Positions 1-14,273 of a DNA stretch of 64,000 nucleotides are shown here, in pieces. This DNA is from Eledone cirrhosa. Taxonomy: Eukaryota. Location of the stretch: contig OZ024746.1 in assembly GCA_964016885.1 (NCBI GenBank), positions 59,768,001 to 59,832,000 of the forward strand. The letters are read 5' to 3'. The position numbers and the translations under genes are program-made. Below the pieces are notes generated by a model that was given only the letters and a program-made list of their open reading frames with translations, had not been told where the DNA came from and searched no databases. How positions within the stretch are numbered: the stretch's first letter is position 1; the number at the start of each line of letters is the position of its first letter.

Positions 1-196
1 TGGACAAAAAGTCATAGACAGAAATAAACAAGTACACTAAATAAATCAATCAAAAAGTAATGCAAAGAAAGGGAAAAAAGAAAAAACAAGTTGTGGGAAG
101 GTGTGTGGAAAGTTCAGAGAGTGGTCACGGCGGATTAGATCGGGTTTGAGCCGGTAGTCAAGGTAGTGTTATAATTATATATATATATATATATAT

Positions 197-612
197 ATAA
201 GTATGTATACGTACATACATATATGTATACAGACGTACAGTAGTATGTATATATATATACATACATGCACATATATATATGTACGTATGGATTCACCGAA
301 CATTTATTATAATGCTCGGTGTGTTTGTAAACAAACATCCCGTATTAACTTTGTCAGTGTTGAACAAATGAGCAACGATGGTTGCTAGACACTACGGCTT
401 AATACGGGATGTTTGTTTACAAACACACCGAGCATTATAATAAATGTTCGGTGAATCCATACGTACATATATATATATGTGTGTGCATGTATGTATATAT
501 ATATACATACTACTGTACGTCTGTATACATATATGTATGTACGTATACATACTTATATTTAAGTAACAGCCGTACTAAGAGTGGGAAATGAAATTTCGTT
601 TCATTTTTTCCG
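197..612. mobile_element. Fold-back fragment of the 420-430-bp HHR-bearing repeat family (family A); this copy is truncated just before the ribozyme
   Basis: 197-348 is the reverse complement of about 399-556. The sequence matches 21251-21748 and 61708-62290. Flanked by (TA)n. Confidence 0.8.
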
Positions 613-936
613 TATATATATATATATATATATCTTGCCTGATTATCCTATGAACACACAAGCGAAAGTCTAGAGTAAAAGGACACTAACTCGGTATAAA
701 TAAAAAATATATACGTGGTGGGGTGATAGATATGACTCTATATTGCACATTGAGTACTCTCTTTACTCCTCGTTAGCACAATTTGTTGTGTCATAGCCTA
801 CAGATAACATCTGTATATTAATTATAAGGATATAATATATAAAAATACAGACATGTTGCTAGACATAAATAATTACTTTAGTTTATGTTTAATCTACAAT
901 GAAAAATACTTCTACCTGGGTTAGAATCCCTCTATC

Positions 937-1020
<84 letters not shown>

Positions 1021-1344
1021 ATCTCTCTGTCTCTTCCTTTCTTTCTCTCTTTCTCTCTCTCCTTCTCTCTCTCTCTCACTCTATTTCTCTCTCTCTCTCT
1101 CTCTCTCCCTCTCTCTCCCTCTCTTTCTCTTTTTTTCTCTCTCTTCCTGTTCATAAAAAATAAAAACAGAAGGCCATATATACATAGAAATATGTACTCG
1201 TATGTATTAACAACGAGATATACGTGTCCAGTTAGTAAACGTAAAAGTATATTCACACTTGATCAGACTCAATATCAACTAGATACAGATTTTCCATCTG
1301 CTCTCTTCTCTCTCTTTTCTTACTTCTCTCCTTCTCTCTTTCTT

Positions 1345-1389
<45 letters not shown>

Positions 1390-1987
1390 TCCTACTTCTT
1401 TCCTTCTCCCATCCTCTCTCCACCTTCCACCATACCCATACAAACTACGTAATATAATGGTTTAGTATCATTAATCTTTTATTTTCTAACAGAAATTTCT
1501 TCTATTTTCTATTAGAAATTAATAGCGCTTTAAGCTTGATACATGAATCAAGTCAAGGTTTAGCCCGGCCAAAACCTTTTATTGATATCTTTCTTGTCCA
1601 AGCAATTCACTAATGTGAAATAGATTATAAATTCAATTTATCTGTAATTTGATCATTGGTCACTTGAACATTTTAGAGAATTTGTACTCCGGTCAACGGA
1701 CTGCGGATGGAGGACGGTGGAGGAGAAAGGGGGAAGAAAATGAGAGAAAACTACTTTAATCCATCCTTTTAATGAAGACTAATGCCTCTGTCAGCCGTAT
1801 GATTACTAACCCTTTTGTTGCCATATTTCTAGTGAAAGATACTGCCTATGATTTTCAAATTATCTTGAAAATAATCAAGAATTTGGAAGGATTTAGCAAT
1901 ATAACTAACAGTTTCATTACTAAGCAGGTGTTTGGAACATAGCTTAAGAAATATTATTACATAAAATCGTTATAAAGTTTTTAAATA

Positions 1988-2535
1988 AACCCACTCGTTA
2001 CCATATTTCAAATGAAAGACACTATGTCTTTAACCTTTTCGTTACCATATTTCTAATAAAAGACATTGTCTATGTCTTTAACCTTTTCGTTACCATATTT
2101 CTAATAAAAGACATTGTCTATGTCTTTAACCCATTCGTTACCATATGTCTAATGAAAGACACTATGTCTCTAACCCATTCGTTACCATATTTCTAATGAA
2201 AGACACTATGTCTCTAACCCATTCGTTACCATATTTCTAATGAAAGACATTGTCTATATCTTTAACCCATTTGTTGCCATATTTCTAATGAAAGACATTG
2301 TCTATGTCTTTAACCCATTCGTTGCCATATTTCTAATGAAAGACGCTGTCTATGTCTTAACCCTTTCGCTACCATATTCCTAATGAAAGACATTGTCTAT
2401 GTATTTAACCCTTTCGTTACCATATTTCTAATGAAATGTACTGTCTAGGTCTTTAACCATTCGTTACCATATTTTTAATGAAAACCATTGTCTATGTCTT
2501 AACCCTTTCGCTACCATATTCCTAATGAACGATAC
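1988..2535 (+). repeat. Minisatellite, 44-48-bp unit (TTAACCCATTCGTTACCATATTTCTAATGAAAGACATTGTCTATGTCT), about 12 copies
   Basis: Tandem repeats visible directly. The unit resembles the head of the dispersed repeat at about 1807 and 46141. Confidence 0.9.
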
Positions 2536-2711
2536 TGCTTATATAACATTCTCCTTATTAAGCTGTGAAGGTGTATGGCTTAGTAAACATGTGTTGTGTC
2601 TGTAATTCAAAGGGCAACTGAGTCACGCTGAATATACCTGAGAATTATGTAGAGTGTACACGGTTCTTAAAAAGAAGAGGACAGTTATGTGGTAGGGAAC
2701 TAGCATTACCT

Positions 2712-2799
<88 letters not shown>

Positions 2800-2848
2800 G
2801 GTGGTGGTGGTGGTGGTGGTGGTGGTGGTGGTGGTGGTGGTGGTGGTG

Positions 2849-2909
<61 letters not shown>

Positions 2910-2910
2910 A

Positions 2911-3000
<90 letters not shown>
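2712..3000. repeat. Compound (TAG)n/(GGT)n microsatellite
   Basis: Direct reading; explains the poly-T/L/V ORFs. Confidence 0.95.
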
Positions 3001-3092
3001 TCCTGATTCAACGAGGATTAAGTACATGTCTTTGCAGTGAAGGTTGAGTGTCGCTTTTGACTGCATGAGGCACCAAATATTCTGCTTGAGAT

Positions 3093-3198
3093 ACTGTATA
3101 TACCAAGACATACTGTATATACCAAGACACACTGTATATACCAAGACACACTGTATATACCAAGACACACTGTATATACCAAGACACACTGTATATAC
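3093..3198 (+). repeat. 21-bp tandem repeat (ACTGTATATACCAAGACACAC), about 5 copies
   Basis: Direct reading. Confidence 0.9.
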
Positions 3199-3205
3199 CC
3201 TGATA

Positions 3206-3690
3206 TCTATATATATAAAACTGAGGATGTCTGTGTGTGTGTGTCTGTGAGTTTGAATCCCTAAAACTCGAGAAGTACCCAACCGATTTTTTCCAACTTT
3301 ACATGTATATTACTTATGTTTCAGGGAGTGTTATTCACATAAAACATTTTACATTTTGATCCCCTAGGGTCCGCATTCGGTGAAAAACTACGTTTTTCAG
3401 CTTTTTAGGGTGTTTTTGAGGCGTTACGTCAGACCGATTTCCTTGAAATTGTAACTATGTATTAGTCAGTCTTTTCTTCATACCGTGATCAAAGAAAATC
3501 CAACTTTTTATGGCCTTTTTTAAAGCCTTTTTTATGGCCTACATTAGATGAAAAACTTCATTTTTCAGCTTTTTAGGGCTTTTTTGGGGCGTTATGTGTA
3601 GCCTATTTTCCCGAACTTTCAAGGCATATTGTGCACATAAAAAAATTCATTTTCTTGATTCCCGCATTAGGTGAAAACCTGCATTTTTCC
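3206..3690 (+). mobile_element. Non-autonomous Helitron-like element, 5' part
   Basis: Begins A|TCTATATATATAAAA followed by GTCTGTGTG, a start typical of non-autonomous Helitron-like elements. Internal subrepeats at about 3372, 3541 and 3663. No 3' hairpin or CTAG identified. Confidence 0.45.
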
Positions 3691-3989
3691 ATCGAAGGTG
3701 AAGCAAGCACAAAGTTCTTGTTTCAGACTTTCCTATTTCTCATCACAGCAAGGAGATTCCGTCCAGTGAGGCCAGTGTCCCTCGCCAACAGAGCTCTGAT
3801 GGTTATGTTTGGATATCCTACTCGACGCTTTGAATCTGGTGACCAGAGAAGCAGTTTGCCTGCAGGTTCATCATGGCAAGAAACAAGACCAACAAGAAGA
3901 GCCAAGCGAGGGGATCGAACTTGCGATGAAACCCGTGGCAGATCACCATAAAGAAGTTAGTTAGTAGTGTGACTTTGCAACAAAACATT

Positions 3990-4530
3990 GAACATCACAC
4001 GTAACATCTTGGTGTAGAAACGACCAAGTCTTCTTTAGCGAGTTACACTGAGAGTCCAGGGATCTAAACCATATAGTAAGATGGTTTCAGCCGTAATTTT
4101 GAAAACTGAACTTCGTAGATCTTAGGATGGGAGCTTTCTAAACAGTTTGTAGTAAATCTATTGCATTGCATGCTTGACCAATTCTGGTGGTCATATCATG
4201 CTCAGAGTCAGTATAACCACCCAGATATTTAAATTCTTGAACTAGTTCGATAGTAGAGCCGACAAAAGCTTGTAGATGACTGAGAGTGGATTAATTCAAA
4301 TGCATGAATTTAGTTTTTGGAGCATTGAGAAACAAACCCACCGCTTGGCAAGCATTCTCGTCGACACGATAGAAGAGTTCCTGAACTGATTCGATGGTAT
4401 CTTCCAAAAGAGAGATGCCATCTACATAGTCGAGATACAGAGCACAACAGCTTGATGACGGCGAAACCGGCGACTCTTGATGGTTATACCGTCAGTATTT
4501 GTGATGGCATTGCGAGGGCATAGTCCAAAC
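3990..4530 (-). pseudogene. Degenerate RTE-clade LINE reverse transcriptase fragment
   Basis: Minus-strand translation with frameshifts: [62 protein letters not shown], a decayed YADD region plus thumb. Confidence 0.7.
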
Positions 4531-4552
4531 ATAATATATATATATATATATA

Positions 4553-4615
<63 letters not shown>

Positions 4616-4616
4616 T

Positions 4617-5110
<494 letters not shown>

Positions 5111-5155
5111 GAGAGTAAAACAAAGAAGCCTTCAATACATCAAAAGTCTTTATTA

Positions 5156-5193
5156 GCCGACAATGTTTCGTCCTATTAAGGACTCATCAGGGC
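5156..5193 (-). ncRNA. Minimal type I hammerhead ribozyme, canonical core
   Basis: Reverse complement: GCC CUGAUGA GUCC UUAAUA GGAC GAAAC AUU GUC^ GGC. All core nucleotides and three stems are present. Confidence 0.9.
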
Positions 5194-5306
5194 AATTAAA
5201 ACAACAAGAAGTAATATCGGCAGATACAAGCCGGATATATATATATATATATATATATATTCCCACCCTGAAGATGAAAAGATCTTTCCAGAATAATTAG
5301 AACACC

Positions 5307-5389
<83 letters not shown>

Positions 5390-5570
5390 CACAACAGAAA
5401 TAGTGTAGTGTGTGTGGGGAGTGGGGAGGGGTGGAAGAACAATAGAAAGAGAGTAAGAAATATAGACATACATAGAAAGAGAGGGACTGAGATAGAATGT
5501 ATAAAGTGAATAATTACATCCGTTTCATTATTCGATTGCTGCTCATTTCATTAAGATTTGATTGAGTAAT

Positions 5571-5752
5571 AATTGTTTCTGCTTTTGGTACAAGGCCAGC
5601 AATTATCCCAGTGCATTACTGGTACTTTATTTTATCGACCCCCGTAAGGATGAAAGGCAAAGTTAACCTCGGCGGGATTTGAACTCAGAATGGCAAGGGC
5701 CGTAACTCTCTGCGTCAAAGCATGGCATCCGACCTTCTACCGATACTGCCAA
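5571..5752 (-). mobile_element. tRNA-derived SINE, family S1
   Basis: A-box-like TGGCAGTATCGGTAG, B-box GAGTTCAAATCC, and core TTGCCTTTCATCCTTACGGGGTCGATAAAATAAAGTACC resembling the Nin/Deu domain. About 11 copies in the window. Confidence 0.85.
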
Positions 5753-6180
5753 ACTGTCCATCAGACCGAGAGCTTAATTGGAGACAATGACCAGATATAG
5801 CAGAGTCAGTGAAACAAAGAAGGTGGGAACTGTTGTTCTGGTATAAGCTGTGGTAGAGTGCTCAACAATAAGATAGAGCTGTCACAGAGATTTAGAGACT
5901 GTTGCTGTGTTAATTTCCCTCTAATAGAACTATATTAGGATGAGATGAAATATAGACGTGCATATCTGTGTATATACATTAATAGATATTACACTACATA
6001 GCTATGTATATATTATTCTAGATAATTTATATATTATATTCCATATATATATATATGTATATATGTATGTATGTATATGTACATATATGTATATATACAT
6101 ATACATATATATACATATATATATACATATATATATATATGTATTATATATATATATATGTATATATGTATATATATATG

Positions 6181-6221
<41 letters not shown>

Positions 6222-6381
6222 GCACACACACACAAACACATATATATATATATATTAGAAAGTGAGATTTGTTTACAAAATGAAAAAAACGAGGTGTCCT
6301 ACACGAGTGAAAGTATAAGGAAAAAAGATGAAATCGAAAATGCAACTAGAATCCTTTTTTTTTAAATATATTTATTTGGTT

Positions 6382-6418
6382 CCTTTACCAGTTTCGCAGT
6401 ACGAGTGCTTTTCAAAAG
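6382..6418 (-). ncRNA. Hammerhead variant (U3-A8 core)
   Basis: Reverse complement: CUU UUGAAAA GCA CUCGUAC UGC GAAAC UG GUA^ AAG. Confidence 0.7.
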
Positions 6419-6458
6419 TAAAATTGAGAAAAACCACAAACTCTCCATCTCAATTCTA

Positions 6459-6494
6459 CTTTTGAAAAGCACGAGAACTGCGAAACCGGTAAAG
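6459..6494 (+). ncRNA. Hammerhead variant (U3-A8 core, palindromic stem III ACCGGU)
   Basis: CUU UUGAAAA GCA CGAGAAC UGC GAAAC CG GUA^ AAG. Inverted partner of 6382-6418. Confidence 0.75.
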
Positions 6495-6799
6495 GAACCA
6501 AATAAATATATTTTTTATTAAAAAAGACCCAGTTGCATTTTCGATTTGTCTGATTTACTCGTTTTATTTACAATCCTTTAAAATTATAATGGTATTAGAA
6601 TGAAATAGTATGGTAGAATATTAAATGTTAAGTGTTAATTGAACAAGTACTTTCATGCTTTCGCAATCTTCAGGTTCATATTCTGTGGTGACAGTCAAGT
6701 TTGCAATTTTCAAGTTTGCAATTTTCACAGTTGAAAATTGCAAACTTGACTGTGACCACAGAATATGAACCTGAAGATTGAGACACACCTCGAAAAAAT

Positions 6800-7521
6800 G
6801 TACAACCCTCATCTCCAGGAGCACCAAGAGTGAGTACTCCCTTCCTCTCTTCCGCTTTTTCCTCAACCTACAGGCTTATATAGAGAGAAGGCCCAACCAC
6901 ACGGGCCATCTTTGCCACATTCACCCACCTTTTATGAAATTTGCTGGGGTACAGCACCTCTCCCTCCATCCTGATTCTTCTTCCAAAATGATATTTGAAA
7001 AAACGAATCAGTTGCTCATCATAGCCATAACACATAGGAAAACCGCCTCTCCCTCGTTTTTGAAGGAGGGTGGCGGTTTGATCATGACAATGGACTCGGT
7101 GGTCAACTGGATTGGTCCCACCCGCGACAATAGTCGTTCTACATAGTCCCACATGTCGGTAACCCCCGGGCAGTGTACAAATACGTGCGCGACGGTTTCC
7201 TCGTCGCGCCCGCATCTCGGACAGATCTTTTTCGAAGGGTCCCTACCCGGGCGCCCGTGTCTGTAGAGCTTGTCTCGAACTGGTAGAGCTCCTCGGTAGC
7301 ACTGCCAGGCCAGGGACTTTTGGAAATTGTCCATTGGTCCCAGGCAGAAGGTCCTACCGAACAGACTGGCCAGTTCGTCCTCCTCTACGCCTAGAGTTTT
7401 TTCCGAGCGTGTCGTCACACTTGCTGCGGACCAACCCTCTATAGAATGTCGAAGTGGAGTCTCCACTGATCGCCGGGTCCGTTTGCCAGAGGACTGTGAG
7501 CGCCTGAGCATTCGATGTGCC
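6800..7521 (-). mobile_element. Tx1/L1-clade LINE 3' fragment
   Basis: LAWQCYRGALPVRDKL..CPRCGRDEETVAHVFVHCP (CCHC knuckle). Paralogous to 17800-18580. The 5' junction abuts GATAGATA. Confidence 0.85.
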
Positions 7522-7546
7522 ATAGATAGATAAACAGACACCACAC

Positions 7547-7651
<105 letters not shown>

Positions 7652-7779
7652 AAAGTTCAATTTAAATTGTTGGGATACAACAAGCAAATATTATTATAAC
7701 TGATATAAAGCACTCGACAAATATTTGGAGTAGATATACAGTATTAATAAATGGAAACTATATTTATAAAACCATATTT

Positions 7780-7842
7780 ATTTCATTATATATATTTCAA
7801 GGATACCAAGTTAAATCATGGTATGCCTTCATCAGACAAAAT
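7780..7842 (-). ncRNA. Type I hammerhead ribozyme
   Basis: Reverse complement: AUUUUGU CUGAUGA AGGCAUACCA..UGGUAUCCUU GAAA UAUAUA UA^ AUGAAAU; 7-bp stem I with GU pairs. Confidence 0.8.
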
Positions 7843-9017
7843 ACAATATATAACAGTTTTACAAATAGATAATTGACATACCCTTTCAAAAAGGTGACCG
7901 TTGTTTTTGGAGGCCATCCGGATAGTGGTTTGTTTACTGATAGCTTCTCATAATTTTTTTATTCTGATAGCTTCTCATCATTTTCAAAAGTTTGTCCTCT
8001 CAATGTCTTGATTAAAATATACGTAAGATAAATTTCTATGCTAAATATATTAAACATATTATTTTAACTTGAAATATTCTATAGTATTTTGGGATATTTT
8101 AGTATTTTGATGTTTGTAGAATTCGTTTGCCTTTTAAGTTATATTGATATAATTATAATCCTTTTGTATTTTATATACTCAATTGTACTATGTTATATGT
8201 TGATGTATATGTCTATGTACGGCTTATGTATCTATATGTGTGGGTTGACATACATATACATGTTATAGGTTTTTTTGTGATTATATGTCTGTCTGTATAT
8301 ATGCATGAGTGACGCGTGTATACCAATTGAAGATGCACACACATATCTATTCATGTATAGCTAAGAATTATGGGTGTGAATATACATGCTTTACACATGC
8401 AGTTTTTGATTGCAGATATACATAACTTAACAGCCATAAATGCAGAAAAGTTAATCCTATATATTTGTAGATATATACTAAAAAATGTTTATTAATAACA
8501 CAAGGAGTGTATAGCAATAAATAAAAAATCACTTATGCTTTGTATGTATACATTGTGTGTGGGAGTAGATATAATGTGCATCTCTGAGTGAGTGAGTATA
8601 TATATATATATATATTTATGTACCTTTGTCTATGTATATATGATATACGATAGATAATTTCTCTAGCAATATATTTATTTTGTAGTGTTTAAATTCCAAT
8701 TTTTAATATATTGATCTCAATTTTAAACTAAATATATAATCATAATTAAACAATGTGTAATTTATCATATTATATATCTATATTCCATTCACGAATATTA
8801 ATATTTCTAATTTTATTTATTCATTTCATCTCAATTGTTAACTCAACTTAATATAACATAACTTAAGGTTTTCGTTCTCTCCCCCTCTCTCTATCTATGC
8901 ATATCTCTCTCTTGAGCTCTTTCTCTGTCTGATGTTTTGATATCTCCCCGTTATTTTTCCTCTGTTCTCTTTGCTTTCTTCTTTTTCTTTATCTATCTTT
9001 CCCTTTCTTTTCTCCAC

Positions 9018-9134
<117 letters not shown>

Positions 9135-9263
9135 TTTTTACTTACTCTTAACACTATGACTTACTAAAGTAAACAAACCACTATCCGGATGGCCTCCAAA
9201 AACAACGGTCACCTTTTTGAAAGGGTATGTCAATTATCTATTTGTAAAACTGTTATATATTGT

Positions 9264-9326
9264 ATTTTGGCTGATGAAGGCATACCATGATTTAACTTGG
9301 TATCCTTGAAATATATATAATGAAAT
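9264..9326 (+). ncRNA. Type I hammerhead ribozyme, inverted copy of 7780-7842
   Basis: Same motif, with one mismatch in stem I next to the core. Confidence 0.7.
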
Positions 9327-9364
9327 AAATATGGTTTTATAAATATAGTTTCCATTTATTAATA

Positions 9365-9557
<193 letters not shown>

Positions 9558-9581
9558 GAGAGAGAGAGAGAAAGAGATAGG

Positions 9582-9651
<70 letters not shown>

Positions 9652-9652
<1 letters not shown>

Positions 9653-9768
9653 TTCTTTATTAGCCACAAGGGCACAAAAGAAGGGGGGAAATACAAATGG
9701 GAAGTTTACATACAGGTATATGAAAATAAAACTATTAATAAAATAACAAATAACAATTGAAATCCCCA
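9652..9768 (-). mobile_element. Tx1-like LINE 3' terminus in (GATA)n
   Basis: TTTCTTTATTAGCCACAAGG matches the element end at about 17628. GATA repeats on both sides. Confidence 0.7.
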
Positions 9769-10536
9769 ATAGATAGATAGATAGGCAGACAGACAGACAG
9801 ATTGCTAGATGCAGAGACACGGAGAGAGAGAGAGAGTTTCAGTCTTCAGCCTGCCTTGACTAAATACAACAGACATACATAACTATTCAATCATTCAACC
9901 AGTCTACTATTAGACTTTCATGTATTTTTATTTTATATGTTATCTTATTTTGTTCTTCTTTCCTATTTCTTGTTTTTATCGTGTGTAGACCACACGCAAT
10001 TACAGCTAAAAGACCGCTTAGATTGCCTTGGACAAACAACAAAAGCCAAAGCAAATAATACATAAATAACAATTCTTTTGCTAATCTGATTGATGCCAAA
10101 TCAATGTCTATGCATGGTACGTTAGCAAATATAACTAAATGGGCAGATAATCATGACTGGGGTTTTGTTGTTGTTGTTGTGTTTCTGATTCCTGATTCAA
10201 ATTTCATTGGAATTTATATATATGAAAAGAATCCAGCCATCCGTTTAGTAATATGATTACAGACAATATTGAGCTGGAAGGTTCAACAGAAACATATTCA
10301 AAAATGTTGCTACTATATATATGAGAGATTGTTACTTGTGCTTTTTATGTCTGGTGTCATGGTTGCCTTTGACCTTTGACATTTCTTGACAGCCACCTTA
10401 TCCAAACAGATCGTCTGATTTTGCCAATATCCTATTTTAACTTTATGATGGTTTCTAGATAGAGTCGGTTATGTTTGACAGATTGGGTGTATATATTTAT
10501 ATATTTATGTGTGTGCGTGCGTGTGTGTGTGTGTGC

Positions 10537-10627
<91 letters not shown>

Positions 10628-10682
10628 TATATTTTTTTTTTATGTATATATATGTATATATATATATGTATATATATACATG

Positions 10683-10713
<31 letters not shown>

Positions 10714-10742
10714 ATACATATATCTATATATGTATATATATG

Positions 10743-10858
<116 letters not shown>

Positions 10859-11044
10859 CACACACACATGTAATATACAATTTACTTTTCGGCTACTAAT
10901 ATATAAAAACAGACAACTCTCTACAACGGTTACAGCTACTACATCCACAACAACAACAACGACGACGACGACGTCTCATGGCGAGGCTCAACGGTTATGA
11001 CAATGGTAACTACAACAACGGCGTCACCTCCTGGCGAAACACTG

Positions 11045-11350
11045 TACTGTGTGTGTTAGAGCTCAGTCAGTTCCGACAAAAAGTGATCTACTTGTTTAAT
11101 CAACGGAACAGCCTGCTCGGGAAATTAATGTGCAAGTGGTTGAGCATTCCACAGACACGTGTGCCCTTAAAGTAGTTATCGGGTAGATTCAATGTGACAA
11201 CACTGCCTCTTGGAAATACAGTTACAATTCATATTTGCCAGCTGTGTGGGACTGGAGCAACGGGAAATAAAGTGTCTTGCTCAAGATTACAACGTGCAGT
11301 CCGGTCAAGTAATTGAACTCATCACTTTTCGCCGAAACACCCTGACCACT
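11045..11350 (-). mobile_element. tRNA-derived SINE, family S2 (longer, diverged variant)
   Basis: GGAGCAACGGGAAATAAAGTGTCTTGCTCAAG shared with the copies at 23430, 29425 and 31041. Confidence 0.6.
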
Positions 11351-12070
11351 ACGCCACAACAGCAGCTACAGATATTACCACAGCGACACAGCCTTGTGGT
11401 GAAACTATAGCTACTACTACTGCAGCTAGTACCACGACAAAGCCGACGCTTTTTGGTGAAACACAACGGCTATTACGACAGCTACTACTATCGCCAACAA
11501 CGACTGCGCCTTCTAGCGAAATATAACTACTACGACAGCTACTTCTACCACAACAACGACGACGTCTTCTGGCGACGGCGTTACTGGACATTGGCAAAGA
11601 TTCGTTGATATTTATTGCTGTGATAGAAGTTATGATTTACCGATTATCATAAAGATATGCTAGGTCACCTATTTGCAATTTTAGTGGCAGTCGTTTTCAT
11701 TTTAGCTTGTCAATATCAATAAACGTGGCTATTTTTGTACTACAGATCGTCGTGTCTTCCACGCCGTGGTGCCGTGATATAACATCTTTTAAAGTCTGCC
11801 AACTTAAACATCTCTATTTTATGAGTTTAGATTTTTCATATTTTTTGTTTTATTAGAGAGATATTCTGACAGTTTTTCACTAATATCGAATCTAAATACA
11901 TCTGTACACATATATATATATATATATATAGATAAGTATGTATGTATGAATGTACGTATGTACGAATGTATACGTATGCATACATAGATACACACGTACT
12001 TACGTTCGCATACATACATACATACATACATACATACATACATACATACATACATACATACATACATACA

Positions 12071-13497
12071 TGGTGGCTGCCAACTCGTTTTCGAGTACGG
12101 CCACTACTTTATATCCATGTAGGAGAACCCCTACCGATGCGCTAAACAAGTGTGACTTTTTAGTCCAGCCAGCGACTTGAAAACTCTGGTACAAACACTA
12201 TACCTGTGACAATTATTGACACATAGTGCTGGGCCTATGGCACCATATGACGACAAGTGCAGAGAGATCTCCAGATATAAAGCAATGCCTGTGCCGTGAA
12301 GCTTTTATAGTGGGCAAAGGCACTGCACAAAGCCAGTCCCACTCTCTTAACCAAGATGATATTTAGCAAGAAGAAGAACAAGTCAACATCATTGGATACC
12401 ATCAGGGTTGCAGGTGTTATATCAGAGTTTTCCTTCTCCTAGAATTCTGCCTTGACAAAGGTTAAGGGGTCATCTCTCCCGGTGATTTTGAATGACCATT
12501 GACTCTTAAGAGCTCCTTTGCCCTTTGACAGGTTTTGTTTTTAGTCCTGCAGGATGTCCAAAGTCACCCACCTCACCAAAAAACCTTGGTGGGGTTGCCA
12601 GTTTAGTCGCCAACGACCCGACCATGAGACAGGTTGTACTGGGATACATATTACCAGTAGCACCAACTGGTGACCTGACATACATACATACATACATACA
12701 TACATACATACATGCATGCATACATACATACATACATACATACATACATACATACATACATACATACATACATACATACATACATACATACATACATACA
12801 TACATACATACATACATACATACATACATGGTGGCTGCCAACTCGTTTTCGAGTACGGCCACTACTTTATATCCATGTAGGAGAACCCCTACCGATGCGC
12901 TAAACAAGTGTGACATTTTAGTCCAGCCAGCGACTTGAAAACTCTGGTACAAACACTATACCTGTGACAATTATTGACACATAGTGCTGGGCCTATGGCA
13001 CCATATGACGACAAGTGCAGAGAGATCTCCAGATATAAAGCAATGCCTGTGCCGTGAAGCTTTTATAGTGGGCAAAGGCACTGCACAAAGCCAGTCCCAC
13101 TCTCTTAACCAAGATGATATTTAGCAAAAAGAAGAACAAGTCAACATCATTGGATACCATCAGGGTTGCAGGTGTTATATCAGAGTTTTCCTTCTCCTAG
13201 AATTCTGCCTTGACAAAGGCTAAGGAGTCATCTCTCCCGGTGATTTTGAATGACCATTGACTCTTAAGAGCTCCTTTGCCCTTTGACAGGTTTTGTTTTT
13301 AGTCCTGCAGGATGTCCAAAGTCACCCACCTCACCAAGAAACCTTGGTGGGGTTGCCAGTTTAGTCGCCAACGACCCGACCATGAGACAGGTTGTACTGG
13401 GATACATGTTACCAGTAGCACCAACTGGTGACCTGACATACATACATACATACATACATACATACATACATACATACATACTTACATACATACATAC

Positions 13498-13528
<31 letters not shown>

Positions 13529-14182
13529 CATACATACATACATACATACATACATACATACATACATACATACATGGTGGCTGCCAACTCGTTTTCGAGT
13601 ACGGCCACTACTTTATATCCATGTAGGAGAACCCCTACCGATGCGCTAAACAAGTGTGACATTTTAGTCCAGCCAGCGACTTGAAAACTCTGGTACAAAC
13701 ACTATACCTGTGACAATTATTGACACATAGTGCTGGGCCTATGGCACCATATGACGACAAGTGCAGAGAGATCTCCAGATATAAAGCAATGCCTGTGCCG
13801 TGAAGCTTTTATAGTGGGCAAAGGCACTGCACAAAGCCAGTCCCACTCTCTTAACCAAGATGATATTTAGCAAAAAGAAGAACAAGTCAACATCATTGGA
13901 TACCATCAGGGTTGCAGGTGTTATATCAGAGTTTTCCTTCTCCTAGAATTCTGCCTTGACAAAGGCTAAGGAGTCATCTCTCCCGGTGATTTTGAATGAC
14001 CATTGACTCTTAAGAGCTCCTTTGCCCTTTGACAGGTTTTGTTTTTAGTCCTGCAGGATGTCCAAAGTCACCCACCTCACCAAGAAACCTTGGTGGGGTT
14101 GCCAGTTTAGTCGCCAACGACCCGACCATGAGACAGGTTGTACTGGGATACATGTTACCAGTAGCACCAACTGGTGACCTGA
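12071..14182 (-). mobile_element. Three head-to-tail copies (12071-12678, 12829-13436, 13575-14182) of a 608-bp internally deleted RTE-derived element with (TATG)n tails
   Basis: Near-identical units separated by (TACA)n. They contain the RTE-5'UTR-like CTAGGAGAAGGAAAACTCTGA and a C-terminal C2H2 remnant (SVCTRVFKSLAGLKSH). Confidence 0.8.
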
Positions 14183-14273
14183 CATACATACATACATACA
14201 TACATACATACATACATACATACATACATACATACATACATACATACATACATACATACATACATACATACAT

